Below, one piece after another: positions 36,203 to 45,992 of a DNA stretch of 57,897 nt. The notes under the pieces are model-generated. The model ran no database searches, had not been told where the DNA came from, and saw only the letters and a program-made list of their open reading frames with translations. A program made the translations under genes and the position numbers. Each line of letters opens with the position of its first letter. Within the stretch, counting starts at the first letter, position 1. Source of the DNA: Opitutales bacterium (lineage in GTDB: Bacteria > Verrucomicrobiota > Verrucomicrobiia > Opitutales > UBA953); contig JBBAUX010000001.1 of the NCBI GenBank assembly GCA_040398005.1, forward strand, positions 46,634 to 104,530. The letters run 5' to 3'.

Positions 36203-37992
36203 CATTAATGCATGCCAGGCAAAAGCGTTTCACTTCGCTGGCCTGGGTTGTTTCACTGTGCTTTGTCGCCGTCATCGTAAGACTTTTCTGGCTCCATTGG
36301 GTCGAAGCGCCTCAGTTGTGCGCGGAAGCCGTTCAAGCCCGTAGTGTGTTTCAAGAATTGGATTGTCGCCGCGGGGAAGTGCGCGATTCACAAAATAATT
36401 TATTAGCCGTCTCCGAAGATGTCTGGGATATTGGCGTTGATCCTGAATCGATTAAAAAAGAAGAACTCGGTCGAGCCGCCGAAGTGGCCAAAATTTTAGG
36501 TATTTCCCTGACCGATGTCAGCAAGGCCTTTAACACTAAAGCTAAAGTGGATGATGAGGGCAATGAGCGTCGTATCCGTTGGATTGTTCTAGCGCATGAA
36601 GTAGACAAAGAAGTGCTTAAAAAAATTACGGGCTTAAAAATCAAAGCCCTCCGGGCGGAATTAAAGTACCGCCGTAATTATCCGAATGGTCAATTAGCTG
36701 CGCACGTCATCGGCTATGTGAATAAGGAAGGTCAATCCGCCTGTGGTATCGAAAAAGCACTTAATAGTTTTCTCCAAGGTCAGAAGGGCTGGATTGAATC
36801 CGAACGTGATGGACGTCGTCGGGAAATCGCCAGTATTCGTCTACGCGAAGTTCAACCCGTCGATGGGAATAATATTATCTTATCGATTAATAGTTTAGTC
36901 CAGAAAACCTGTGAAGACGCCCTGGATAAAGCGGTGGCTCAATATAATCCAATCAGTGCGGTGATTATTGTGAGCGAGCCCAAGACCGGACGTATTCTAG
37001 GTTTAGCGAATTGGCCGACCTTTGACCTCAATAAATTTTATGATGCGAAACTGTCACCGTTAGATAGTCAGCGCAATCGTGCCGTATCCGATGTCTATGA
37101 GCCCGGGTCGGTATTTAAAATTGTTTCTATTGCCGGTGCCCTTGAAGAAAAATTAATTACCGAGAATAGCGTTTACGACTGTGGTTTATCCCAGGTGCCT
37201 TATCGAGGCCGGATGATTTCGATGCCGGCTGACTCCCATCCGATGGGCGCCGTTTCGGTTCGAGATATTGTGCGGGAGTCTTCTAATCGCGGTACGGTGC
37301 AAATCGGGATGCTTTATTCGGAAAAACGTGGCGAAGAACGTTTTGATAAATTAGTACGTTCATTTGGTTTTGGTTCGGTATCGAATTTAGTCACGGGTGC
37401 CGAAGTTCCTGGATTAATTATTAATCCGGAAAAATGGGATGGCATCACCATCTCGCGTCTGCCCATGGGGCACTCCATCAGTGTCACTGCTTTACAAATT
37501 CATTATGCGATGTCGACCATCGCCGCTGAGGGATTGTTGATGCAGCCGCAATTGGTTCTCCGCGTCGAAGATTCTAAAACCAAAGAAACCGTCGTCGATT
37601 ATCCACCGCGTGCGCGTGGCCGAGTCGTTTCTGCAGCCACCGCCAAACAAGTCGCGACCTTATTACGCGCGGTTTGCAGTAAAACCGGAACAGCTCCCGC
37701 GGCCGATATTCCAGGCTACGAAGTCGCCGGTAAAACAGGTACGACTCAAAAATTGGTTAACGGGCGTTATTCCAGTGCTCACCACGTTGCTTCGTTTTCC
37801 GGCTTTTTCCCCGTTCAAGATCCACGCTTAGCCATCACCGTCATCATCGACGAACCGAAAGGCGACGGCATTGCCTACGGTGGTAAATTTGCCGCTCCGA
37901 TTTTTACGACGGTGGCCAAAAATTGTATCCAATGGCTGGATATAAAACCTACGATATCCCTTTCCCGCAGCGTCGCTGGGGTTGAACGATGA
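36199..37992 (+). CDS. ftsI: Class B penicillin-binding protein (FtsI/PBP3)
   Basis: RGEVRD, R.YPNG, YEPGSVFK (SxxK), SSN (SxN) and GKTGT. Confidence 0.93.
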   Translation: MTLMHARQKRFTSLAWVVSLCFVAVIVRLFWLHWVEAPQLCAEAVQARSVFQELDCRRGEVRDSQNNLLAVSEDVWDIGVDPESIKKEELGRAAEVAKILGISLTDVSKAFNTKAKVDDEGNERRIRWIVLAHEVDKEVLKKITGLKIKALRAELKYRRNYPNGQLAAHVIGYVNKEGQSACGIEKALNSFLQGQKGWIESERDGRRREIASIRLREVQPVDGNNIILSINSLVQKTCEDALDKAVAQYNPISAVIIVSEPKTGRILGLANWPTFDLNKFYDAKLSPLDSQRNRAVSDVYEPGSVFKIVSIAGALEEKLITENSVYDCGLSQVPYRGRMISMPADSHPMGAVSVRDIVRESSNRGTVQIGMLYSEKRGEERFDKLVRSFGFGSVSNLVTGAEVPGLIINPEKWDGITISRLPMGHSISVTALQIHYAMSTIAAEGLLMQPQLVLRVEDSKTKETVVDYPPRARGRVVSAATAKQVATLLRAVCSKTGTAPAADIPGYEVAGKTGTTQKLVNGRYSSAHHVASFSGFFPVQDPRLAITVIIDEPKGDGIAYGGKFAAPIFTTVAKNCIQWLDIKPTISLSRSVAGVER

Positions 37993-39509
37993 TCTTGCAA
38001 GAACCCAGTAATCATCGCCTCATGGAAAATCCTACCTTACAAAGTTTACTGCAAGATATTCCCGTTATTGAACGTCGTGGTGATTGGTCGACACGGGTAA
38101 CCAATTTAGTCACCGATTCTCGTCGGATTTTACCAGGGAGTTTATTTTTCGCCTTACCGGGATTACGTACCAGCGGCCACCAATTTTTGGATGATGTAAT
38201 ATCACGCGGCGCCTCCGCCGTGATTTCGAGCGAACCCGTCGCTGGTTTACCTGCAGTCGCGGCTGCTCAGGTGAAAGAGCCTCGAAAAGTCTTAGCAGAA
38301 GTAGCTCGCCGTTATCATGGTAACCCAGAGCAGAAATTAAAACTCGTGGGGGTTACGGGAACGAATGGTAAAACGACGATCACCACTTTACTTCGTCACT
38401 TACTACAACAAGAAGGGCAGAATTGGGGTCTCATTGGCAGCGTCCGTTATCAACTAGGTCGTCGCTCAATCCCTGCTTATAAAACCACTCCGGAGTCCGC
38501 CGACTTAGCGGGTTTCTTCCGTCAAATGGTTGAGTCACAATGTGCAGGGGCCTGCCTTGAAGTGAGTTCCCACGCTTTACATCAAGACCGCGTTCATGGT
38601 TTTTCTTTCGCGGCGGCCGCCTTCACCAATTTAACCCGCGATCACATCGACTACCACGGTAATTTAGAATCCTACCTCGATGCCAAAACGATTTTATTCG
38701 ATGGTCGTAACGGTTCTATCCCGAAAGTTTCGGTGATTAATACAGATGATGCTACTGGAAAAAATCTTGCCCAATCTTGTCGCGCGCGTGGTCCAGTGAT
38801 TACATTTGGTATTCATAACCCCGCCGACCTTCAAGCGACCCAAATTATTTTTAATCCACGAGGCTCAGAATTTACCGTCAACTGGGCAGGTCAATCCGCT
38901 CACTTTATTTCTCCGCTGCCTGGCGAATATAATATTTCGAATATTCTGTGTGCCTTAGCTTTAGTCGCGTCTCTGGGTCGCGATCCATTAGCGATGGTCG
39001 AAGCGGTCAAAGCTTTTCCGGGTGTGGCTGGACGCATGGAGCGCGTCGAGGCTGGTCAAGCCTTCCCCGTGTTTGTGGATTATGCGCATACCGACGATGC
39101 CTTACGCAATACTTTGCAAATGCTACGCTCCATCACTCCCGGACGGGTCTTGTGTGTCTTCGGCTGTGGGGGTAATCGCGATCGTGGTAAACGTCCAGCG
39201 ATGACTCAAGTAGTCGCAGAGTTAGCCCACCACGCTTGGGCGACGGCGGATAATCCACGTAAGGAAAATCTCGCGACGATTTTTGCCGACATGCGTGAAG
39301 GCTTAGGTTCCCTGCCTAATATTGAATTTATTAATGATCGCCGCGATGCCATCGGCCGTGCTTTAGCCGCTGCTCAACCGAACGATTGTGTGATTATCGC
39401 TGGTAAGGGACATGAAACTACGCAAGAATTTCACGACACCGTGGTGCCGTTTGACGACCGCTTAATGGCTAAAGAAATTTTAGAATTACGGAGGAATCTG
39501 CGCGCATGA
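37989..39509 (+). CDS. murE: UDP-MurNAc-dipeptide:meso-DAP ligase
   Basis: GVTGTNGKTT, EVSSH, TNLTRDHIDYH, DYAHT, GCGGNRD.GKR, DNPR (DAP-specific) and GKGHE. Confidence 0.96.
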   Translation: MILQEPSNHRLMENPTLQSLLQDIPVIERRGDWSTRVTNLVTDSRRILPGSLFFALPGLRTSGHQFLDDVISRGASAVISSEPVAGLPAVAAAQVKEPRKVLAEVARRYHGNPEQKLKLVGVTGTNGKTTITTLLRHLLQQEGQNWGLIGSVRYQLGRRSIPAYKTTPESADLAGFFRQMVESQCAGACLEVSSHALHQDRVHGFSFAAAAFTNLTRDHIDYHGNLESYLDAKTILFDGRNGSIPKVSVINTDDATGKNLAQSCRARGPVITFGIHNPADLQATQIIFNPRGSEFTVNWAGQSAHFISPLPGEYNISNILCALALVASLGRDPLAMVEAVKAFPGVAGRMERVEAGQAFPVFVDYAHTDDALRNTLQMLRSITPGRVLCVFGCGGNRDRGKRPAMTQVVAELAHHAWATADNPRKENLATIFADMREGLGSLPNIEFINDRRDAIGRALAAAQPNDCVIIAGKGHETTQEFHDTVVPFDDRLMAKEILELRRNLRA

Positions 39510-40879
39510 GTCATTCTTTTAATCCTAAACAGTTAGCGCAGTGGACTCAGGGTGAGTGGACTTCTTTTCCTGATCAAGAAATCACCGGTTTTAATATGGA
39601 CACACGTACCATTAAAAAAGGTGAAGCGTTTGTGGCGATTAAGACCGTTAAGCGTGATGGACATGATTTCTTAAATGCCGCTCGCGCCAGTGGTGCCTCC
39701 TGCGCCTTGGTGTCGAAACGTGTGGCAGATCATTTACCGCAACTGGTGGTTGCTGATTCTCAAAAGGGATTACATCAAATTGCAGCGGGTTGGCGTGCTG
39801 AATTTCAAGGGCGAGTAATCGGCGTTACGGGTAGCGTTGGTAAAACATCGACCAAAGATTTATTGGGTGCTTTGTTGGGTTCATCCGCATTCATTACCGA
39901 AGCTAATTTAAATAATTTATTGGGCGTGCCGTTAATGTTACTCCGCCTAAGTTCAGAAATTCATCGTTATGCCGTCATCGAAGCAGGCATGAGTTTGCCT
40001 GGTGAACTAAAAATTTCAGCCCAAATTCTTCGCCCTAATTTAGCAATCATTACTGCCGTGGCTCCCGTGCACTTAGAAGGCGTCGGAACGATAGAAGCGG
40101 TGGCTCATGAAAAATCTGAGATGATTGCGGCTTTAGAGCCCGAGGGTAAAGCGATTATCCCGGCCTCACTTTTAAAGTGGCCCGAGTTCCGCGCTCACGC
40201 CTCGCGCTGCTTAGTCGTAAAATTTGAAGAAGATGATGAACCTGCGGTGATGCCCTTGCGTGTGATCAGTGCTAAATTCGCTGATGAAAACGGTCGTCGC
40301 ATACTTTTACTCGATGGACGTGCTTATCCTTTGAGTCCGATTTCTGATGGATTGGGTCGAAACGCCGCGCTCGCCGTGGTTGCTGCTCTAGAATTAGGCA
40401 TTAGTGAAAATCAAATTAAGAAAAACCTAGAATGGTGGATGCCACCTATCGGTCGTGGCAGCATTCACCAAGATGGTAACCGAACATTCTATATCGACTG
40501 TTATAATTCCAGTCCGGCATCACTGCTGGATGCCGCACAGTGTTTTAATCGTCTTACTGTACTGGATCCTCGCCGTCGTCTTTTCGTTATCGGTGGTATG
40601 GCTGAGCTCGGTCAATCTTCTGCGAGTTTACACCGCGAGTGTGGTGCCAAATTATCCTTCCGCGCCGGCGATACGGTGATTACTTGGGCGGGCGACTCAT
40701 CGGAATTTTTAAAAGGTATTCCGCGTAACGATATCATTTTAAAGTCTGCACATACTTTAGACGAAGTGGCCCAAACGATTTCTAATCACCGCGGTACTAT
40801 CTTCGTTAAGGGCAGTCGTTCCTGTACTTTAGAACGTACCTTGCCCGCCCAACTCCAAGCCCAACTTACTTTCCACTAG
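39506..40879 (+). CDS. murF: UDP-MurNAc-tripeptide:D-Ala-D-Ala ligase
   Basis: GVTGSVGKTSTK, NLNNLLGVP, DCYNSSP, GGMAELG and VKGSR. Confidence 0.94.
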   Translation: MSHSFNPKQLAQWTQGEWTSFPDQEITGFNMDTRTIKKGEAFVAIKTVKRDGHDFLNAARASGASCALVSKRVADHLPQLVVADSQKGLHQIAAGWRAEFQGRVIGVTGSVGKTSTKDLLGALLGSSAFITEANLNNLLGVPLMLLRLSSEIHRYAVIEAGMSLPGELKISAQILRPNLAIITAVAPVHLEGVGTIEAVAHEKSEMIAALEPEGKAIIPASLLKWPEFRAHASRCLVVKFEEDDEPAVMPLRVISAKFADENGRRILLLDGRAYPLSPISDGLGRNAALAVVAALELGISENQIKKNLEWWMPPIGRGSIHQDGNRTFYIDCYNSSPASLLDAAQCFNRLTVLDPRRRLFVIGGMAELGQSSASLHRECGAKLSFRAGDTVITWAGDSSEFLKGIPRNDIILKSAHTLDEVAQTISNHRGTIFVKGSRSCTLERTLPAQLQAQLTFH

Positions 40880-40882
40880 TCC

Positions 40883-41995
40883 ATGCTTTATTACTTACAT
40901 CAATTGGAATCATTCTGGGGACCTTTCCGTCTTTTTGAATACCTGACTGTTCGCGCGATTTTAGCAGGTTTTACCGCACTGATTATCGGTATGCTCTTAT
41001 CGAGCAAAATAATTAAAGCCCTCAGCACACTTCGCCAACCAGAACGTTCGGCCCAACTGATGGGTAACTTGGCGAAAGAGGGCGGCAAAGTGCCGACGAT
41101 GGGTGGCCTCTTAATTGGCGCTGCCATGATTCCTTCCGTATTACTTTGGGCCCGTCCCAATGTTTTAGTTATCGCCACACTCTTTACTTTAGTGGGCATG
41201 GGCTTGGTGGGATTTTGGGATGATTGGTTGAAAGTTAAACGCGGTAGTGCGGATGGAATTTCTGCCAAAACCAAATTAGCAGGTCAGGCTCTCGTTGCCT
41301 TAGGCGCCATCGGCATTGTTTTACTCGATGCGAATTATCGTACGAGCCTATGCGAAATCTGGTTACCTATTATGAGTAAGCCCATCTGGTCAGCCCAGTC
41401 CTTGGGCTTACCGTTCACGATTTGTTTAATCGTGGCCGCACTCTTTATCTTATTAGTCTGCGTCGGAACTTCTAATGCGGTGAATCTGACCGACGGTTTA
41501 GATGGTTTGGCTATCGGCTGTGTTTTAATTAGCACCTCGATTTTAGGGCTGATTGCTTACCTCGCTGGTAATATTAATTTATCTAATTATCTTTTAATTA
41601 GCTACGTTCCTGGAGCAGGGGAGTTAGCGGTATTCTGCGCTGCATTACTCGGCGGTGGATTAGTATTTCTCTGGTACAATGCCGCACCAGCCGAAATTTA
41701 TATGGGCGATGTCGGTGCCTTAGGTATCGGCGGTGCGCTTGGCGCGATTGCTTGCTTTATGCACCAGCCTTTTATGTTGGCGATTGTGGGAGGAGTTTTT
41801 GTAGTCGAAGCGGTCTCAGTCATTTTACAAGTAGCTTACTTTAAACGAACGGGTGGACAGAGATTATTTCTGATGACGCCGATTCATCATCACTTTCAGA
41901 AAAAAGGTTGGGCAACGACGAAGGTCGTCGTGCGCTTTTGGATCTTATCACTTTTCTTCGGCCTCTTGGGCCTACTCACTTTAAAAATTCGATGA
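40883..41995 (+). CDS. mraY: Phospho-MurNAc-pentapeptide transferase
   Basis: PTMGG, GFWDD, NAVNLTDGLDGL, YMGD.G and PIHHHF. Confidence 0.97.
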   Translation: MLYYLHQLESFWGPFRLFEYLTVRAILAGFTALIIGMLLSSKIIKALSTLRQPERSAQLMGNLAKEGGKVPTMGGLLIGAAMIPSVLLWARPNVLVIATLFTLVGMGLVGFWDDWLKVKRGSADGISAKTKLAGQALVALGAIGIVLLDANYRTSLCEIWLPIMSKPIWSAQSLGLPFTICLIVAALFILLVCVGTSNAVNLTDGLDGLAIGCVLISTSILGLIAYLAGNINLSNYLLISYVPGAGELAVFCAALLGGGLVFLWYNAAPAEIYMGDVGALGIGGALGAIACFMHQPFMLAIVGGVFVVEAVSVILQVAYFKRTGGQRLFLMTPIHHHFQKKGWATTKVVVRFWILSLFFGLLGLLTLKIR

Positions 41996-43266
41996 ACGAG
42001 TTACCCGCATCACTCCGTACGCGTTTAATTCGCCCCGCCGCCATTTTAGGTTCGGGGGTGAGTGGTCGTGCGGTCGCTGATGCACTGAGCTTAGCGGGTT
42101 TTGCTTCCGTCATTTATGATGAGAAAGGCGAGAATCGACAATTTGGTCCGGATGAAGCGGGTCGTCATGATTTATTAATTTATAGTCCTGGTTTTGCCCA
42201 GTCGCACCCCTGGCTCTTGGCTGCGCGTCGCGCGGGTCTCCATTGTTTAAGCGAATTAGATTTCGGTGCCATCATGTGGTGTGGTGCGTCGATTGCCATC
42301 ACGGGCACCAACGGCAAAACCACCCTCACCGAATTTTTATCATTTGCGCATAAGCGCGCAGGACTTAACGCCATCGCGTGTGGCAACGTGGGTTTGCCCA
42401 TAACGGCTTTATCGAACACTTCTTCCAACGCCGCGTTTTTAGCCGTCGTCGAAGTCAGTTCATTCCAAGGTGAAGACTTACGTCACTTTACGCCCGAGGC
42501 AGTCTTGTGGACTAATTTCGATGAAGATCACTTGGACCGTCACGGTGATTTAGAAAGTTATTTTCGTGCTAAGTATAAACTCATCGAGCGAATGATTCCT
42601 GGTGGTATCTTGGTTGTCGGTGAATCGGTTGTGGCCCACGCGGAGAAATTTGGAATTTCCTTACCTCCTGAAACCATGGTGGCGACGCGCGATGAGGTGA
42701 ATGGAAAAATTCCTGCGGGCTCTATTTTTGAATCGTGGCCCCAGCGCGAAAATTGGTCACTCGCGGTGAAATATTGGCAAGCCAAGGGTATTCCGCTGCG
42801 CATTCTTGAAGAGTCCGCAAAATTATTTCGGGCGGCACCGCATCGACTCAAAAAAGTCGCTGAAGCTCGTGGTATTGAATTTTGGAACGACTCCAAAGGC
42901 ACTAATTTCCACGCCGTTTATGCCGCGTTATCTCAATTTGATATTCCGGTCCGCTGGATTGGGGGCGGTAAGTGGAAGGGTGGAGACTTAAAGCGTTTTG
43001 CGGAACAACTCAGTCCGAAAATTGAGTCCGCTTACTTAATTGGTGAGACGGCACCTGACTTATTAAAAACTTTCGAAGCACTCGGTAAGCCCGCCCGCAT
43101 TTATAATTCATTGCAAGATGCGGTTGTGGCGGCGGCCAAAGATGCCCATGGCCCCATGGCTATTTTACTCAGTCCTGGATTTTCTAGTTTTGACCAATTC
43201 GCTGGTTACGCCGAACGCGGTGTCGTGTTCGAACGAGCCGCTGTCGCTTTATCTAACCGAATATAA
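41992..43266 (+). CDS. murD: UDP-MurNAc-L-Ala:D-Glu ligase
   Basis: LGSGVSG, SPG, ITGTNGKTT, EVSSFQ, DHLDRH, NDSKGTN and LSPG.SSFDQF; ATG at 41992. Confidence 0.95.
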   Translation: MNELPASLRTRLIRPAAILGSGVSGRAVADALSLAGFASVIYDEKGENRQFGPDEAGRHDLLIYSPGFAQSHPWLLAARRAGLHCLSELDFGAIMWCGASIAITGTNGKTTLTEFLSFAHKRAGLNAIACGNVGLPITALSNTSSNAAFLAVVEVSSFQGEDLRHFTPEAVLWTNFDEDHLDRHGDLESYFRAKYKLIERMIPGGILVVGESVVAHAEKFGISLPPETMVATRDEVNGKIPAGSIFESWPQRENWSLAVKYWQAKGIPLRILEESAKLFRAAPHRLKKVAEARGIEFWNDSKGTNFHAVYAALSQFDIPVRWIGGGKWKGGDLKRFAEQLSPKIESAYLIGETAPDLLKTFEALGKPARIYNSLQDAVVAAAKDAHGPMAILLSPGFSSFDQFAGYAERGVVFERAAVALSNRI

Positions 43267-43301
43267 TTTTCCCTAACCCAAACCCAAACCAAAAACATAC
43301 C

Positions 43302-43676
43302 ATGCGTCCTATCCTCACCGTCAGTGCTGTCGTTCTATTACACCTCTGCGTCATTGCCGTACTCGTCGGAGTCAACGGTTGTCGCAGCACGAGTGGCTTC
43401 GAAAAAGATCCTGATCTTGCTGCTTACTCAGCAGGTTCACGGACTTCTGCTTCAGCACTCTCAAGCGTCGCTCCTCAGCCCGTCACCGCGGGTGCGGGTG
43501 GCGTTCATATCGCTGTTCAAGGCGAAACCTTACAACTCGTCGCTGCGCACGAGCGAGTTGCGCTTAAGGATTTAGCTGCGGCGAACGGATTACCTCTGAA
43601 TGCGGCCCTCAAGGCTGGTCAGAGATTAAAAATTCCTGCCGCTAAGCCCGTTAAGTCGAAGTCCTCACAGAAGTAA
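43302..43676 (+). CDS. LysM-domain membrane/lipoprotein in dcw cluster
   Basis: Hydrophobic N-terminus ending VNGC; H.AVQGETL..VA....V.L..L.AANGL...L.AGQRLKIP LysM motif. Confidence 0.85.
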   Translation: MRPILTVSAVVLLHLCVIAVLVGVNGCRSTSGFEKDPDLAAYSAGSRTSASALSSVAPQPVTAGAGGVHIAVQGETLQLVAAHERVALKDLAAANGLPLNAALKAGQRLKIPAAKPVKSKSSQK

Positions 43677-43695
43677 TTCTCGGTCATCATCCACT

Positions 43696-44910
43696 ATGAT
43701 TATCGCAGCCAAACAGGAGACCCCCGGTTCACTCCGGAGTTACTCGCTGGGGATTGCGATAATCACGGTGGCTTTGATTGTCTTCGGTTTAGTTAATCAA
43801 TACAGCGCAGGGATTTCGCTTTCGTCCAAAAATCGTACCGCCGCTTTTGATCGTCAGTTGGCCTACATTCCCTTCGCGCTCTTGGCGGCTTGGTTGGCCT
43901 ATCGGGTTAATCTAGATCGCTTGCGTGAACATCGCTGGTTCATTTTTGGTGGTGCACTCGTTCTCATGACGCTGGCCCGCGTGCCGGGGATTGGTGTGAC
44001 CGTCAATGGCTCGTGGCGATGGATTGATTTCGGATTTTTCAGATTGCAGCCCTCTGATATCGGGAAAATTGCGATGATTATTTGCCTGTCAGATTTATTG
44101 GCAAAAATGCAAAGACATACCATGTCGGTTAAGTTTAAGATTTATCAATTCAGCGATCGTGGTGCCGTTATATTCACCCCGAAAGGGTGGATCGATGCTC
44201 GTGAAGGTTTTTTCAAACCAATGGGTGTCATTCTTACGGTATGTGCTTTTATTGCATTAGGACCTGATTTAGGCACCATTATTCTGTGTCTCGCCGTGGG
44301 TGGTCTCATGATGTTTATTTCAGGCTTACGCTGGAAGTACTCGATTCCCGCTTTCATGATAGCGGCTACGGGATTGGTGATTCTGGTTATGAATTGGGGC
44401 AGTCGGATGCGTCGTATCACCTCCTTCATGGATCCGTGGGGCCGTCGCGCCGATGAAGCTTATCAATTATTCGAAGGCATGGTCGCCTTTGGTGTCGGCG
44501 GAATCACGGGCAAAGGCGCCGCGAATGGCTTACAGGTGCGTTCTTATTTACCCGAAGCCCACACGGACTTCGTTTTAGCAAACATCGGCGAAGAACACGG
44601 CTTCATCGGTACCGCACTCGTCGCGTGTGCTTATTTTGGAATTTTCTGGCTCGCGTATCGCGCGATGCGTTTCAGCACCGACCTCTATCGATTAAATATT
44701 TGCTTGGGAGCGACGCTTTTCTTGGTGCTTCAAGCCTTGGTCAACATGGGTGTGGTCACAGGCTTATTACCGACCAAGGGAATTTCGTTACCTTTCTTAA
44801 GTTACGGTGGAACTAATCTCGTCATCATGTCGAGCATGGTGGGATTAATTCTGAATTGCATCCGCGATGCGAGTAAGTCGCCGTTTTTGGCGAAGGAGAT
44901 TAGGGGATGA
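43696..44910 (+). CDS. ftsW: SEDS peptidoglycan glycosyltransferase FtsW
   Basis: NGSWRWI, LQPSD..K, PDLGT, LPEAHTDF, GEEHG and PTKGI.LPFLSYGG. Confidence 0.93.
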   Translation: MIIAAKQETPGSLRSYSLGIAIITVALIVFGLVNQYSAGISLSSKNRTAAFDRQLAYIPFALLAAWLAYRVNLDRLREHRWFIFGGALVLMTLARVPGIGVTVNGSWRWIDFGFFRLQPSDIGKIAMIICLSDLLAKMQRHTMSVKFKIYQFSDRGAVIFTPKGWIDAREGFFKPMGVILTVCAFIALGPDLGTIILCLAVGGLMMFISGLRWKYSIPAFMIAATGLVILVMNWGSRMRRITSFMDPWGRRADEAYQLFEGMVAFGVGGITGKGAANGLQVRSYLPEAHTDFVLANIGEEHGFIGTALVACAYFGIFWLAYRAMRFSTDLYRLNICLGATLFLVLQALVNMGVVTGLLPTKGISLPFLSYGGTNLVIMSSMVGLILNCIRDASKSPFLAKEIRG

Positions 44911-45992
44911 GTAAAATTCTTTTGGCATGCGGTGGTACGGGCGGGCACCTCGCACCGGGTATCGCATTGGCCGAAAGCTTACAGAGTCAAAATCACCAAA
45001 CTTTACTGATTGTTAGCAGCAAAATCGTGGATCAACAAATGACTGCGAAATACTGCGGCCTCAATTTCGTGGCTGGTCGTGGTCGGGGTTTTGGTCCGGG
45101 CCTGATTAATAAGATTCTATTTTTTCCATCACTCTTCGGTGCGATTTATTCTTCGCTGAAGTTGGTCCGTCAATTCCGCCCATCCGTCTTAATTTGTTTC
45201 GGTGGATTTATGAGCCTGGGTCCCGCCATCGCCTGCAAAATTTGTGGCATTCCCGTCTTAGTGCATGAAGCCAATCGCCGTCCCGGTAAAGCCGTCCGAC
45301 TCATTGCGCGTTTCGCTCAATCGATTCACTTACCTCACGGTGTTCGTATTAAAAATATTTCTGTGGAACGTCAGCATGACTCCGGCTTTCCTGTTCGCCA
45401 AGAAATCGCTCAGATGGCTCGTGATATCGCCCGACAACACTTAAATTTTCCCGACACGGGACGTTTGATTTTAGTGACGGGTGGAAGTCAGGGTGCCCAG
45501 GTGCTCACTCGTTGGGTGGAAAGTAATCATGATAATTTTAATCAAAAGGGAATTCACGTTCTGTGTCTGACGGGCGCGGGTGGTCGGGAAGGTGAAGTCA
45601 ATAATCCCTCATCAATCATTCGTTATTTGCCGTTCTGTAACCAAATGGCCTCGGCCTATTCGGCATCGGATATCGCCATCACGCGTTCGGGGGCTGGTAC
45701 CTTGGCAGAACTAGCTAAGTGTCTCACGCCAGCTGTGCTGGTTCCGTACGCTTTTGCGGCTGATGATCATCAAACCGCCAATGCACTTTATGCTGTGAAT
45801 GAGGGCGTTGCACAGATGATTGCGGAAAAGAATATCGAGGAGCTGAACGACGTCGTTTTCGATTTATTGAACGAACCCACTAAACTCCAAGCGATGAAAG
45901 AAGCCTTGGCTCGGGCTGATGCTCATAATCATTGGGAAAAAATTTTGAAAGAAGTGCTTGGACTGGCCCAAGAGGGAGGAGTGAAAAAATGA
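44907..45992 (+). CDS. murG: Lipid II GlcNAc transferase
   Basis: GGTGGHLAPG, FGGF, HEAN..PG, GGSQGA, RSGAGT and DHQTANA. Confidence 0.95.
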   Translation: MSKILLACGGTGGHLAPGIALAESLQSQNHQTLLIVSSKIVDQQMTAKYCGLNFVAGRGRGFGPGLINKILFFPSLFGAIYSSLKLVRQFRPSVLICFGGFMSLGPAIACKICGIPVLVHEANRRPGKAVRLIARFAQSIHLPHGVRIKNISVERQHDSGFPVRQEIAQMARDIARQHLNFPDTGRLILVTGGSQGAQVLTRWVESNHDNFNQKGIHVLCLTGAGGREGEVNNPSSIIRYLPFCNQMASAYSASDIAITRSGAGTLAELAKCLTPAVLVPYAFAADDHQTANALYAVNEGVAQMIAEKNIEELNDVVFDLLNEPTKLQAMKEALARADAHNHWEKILKEVLGLAQEGGVKK

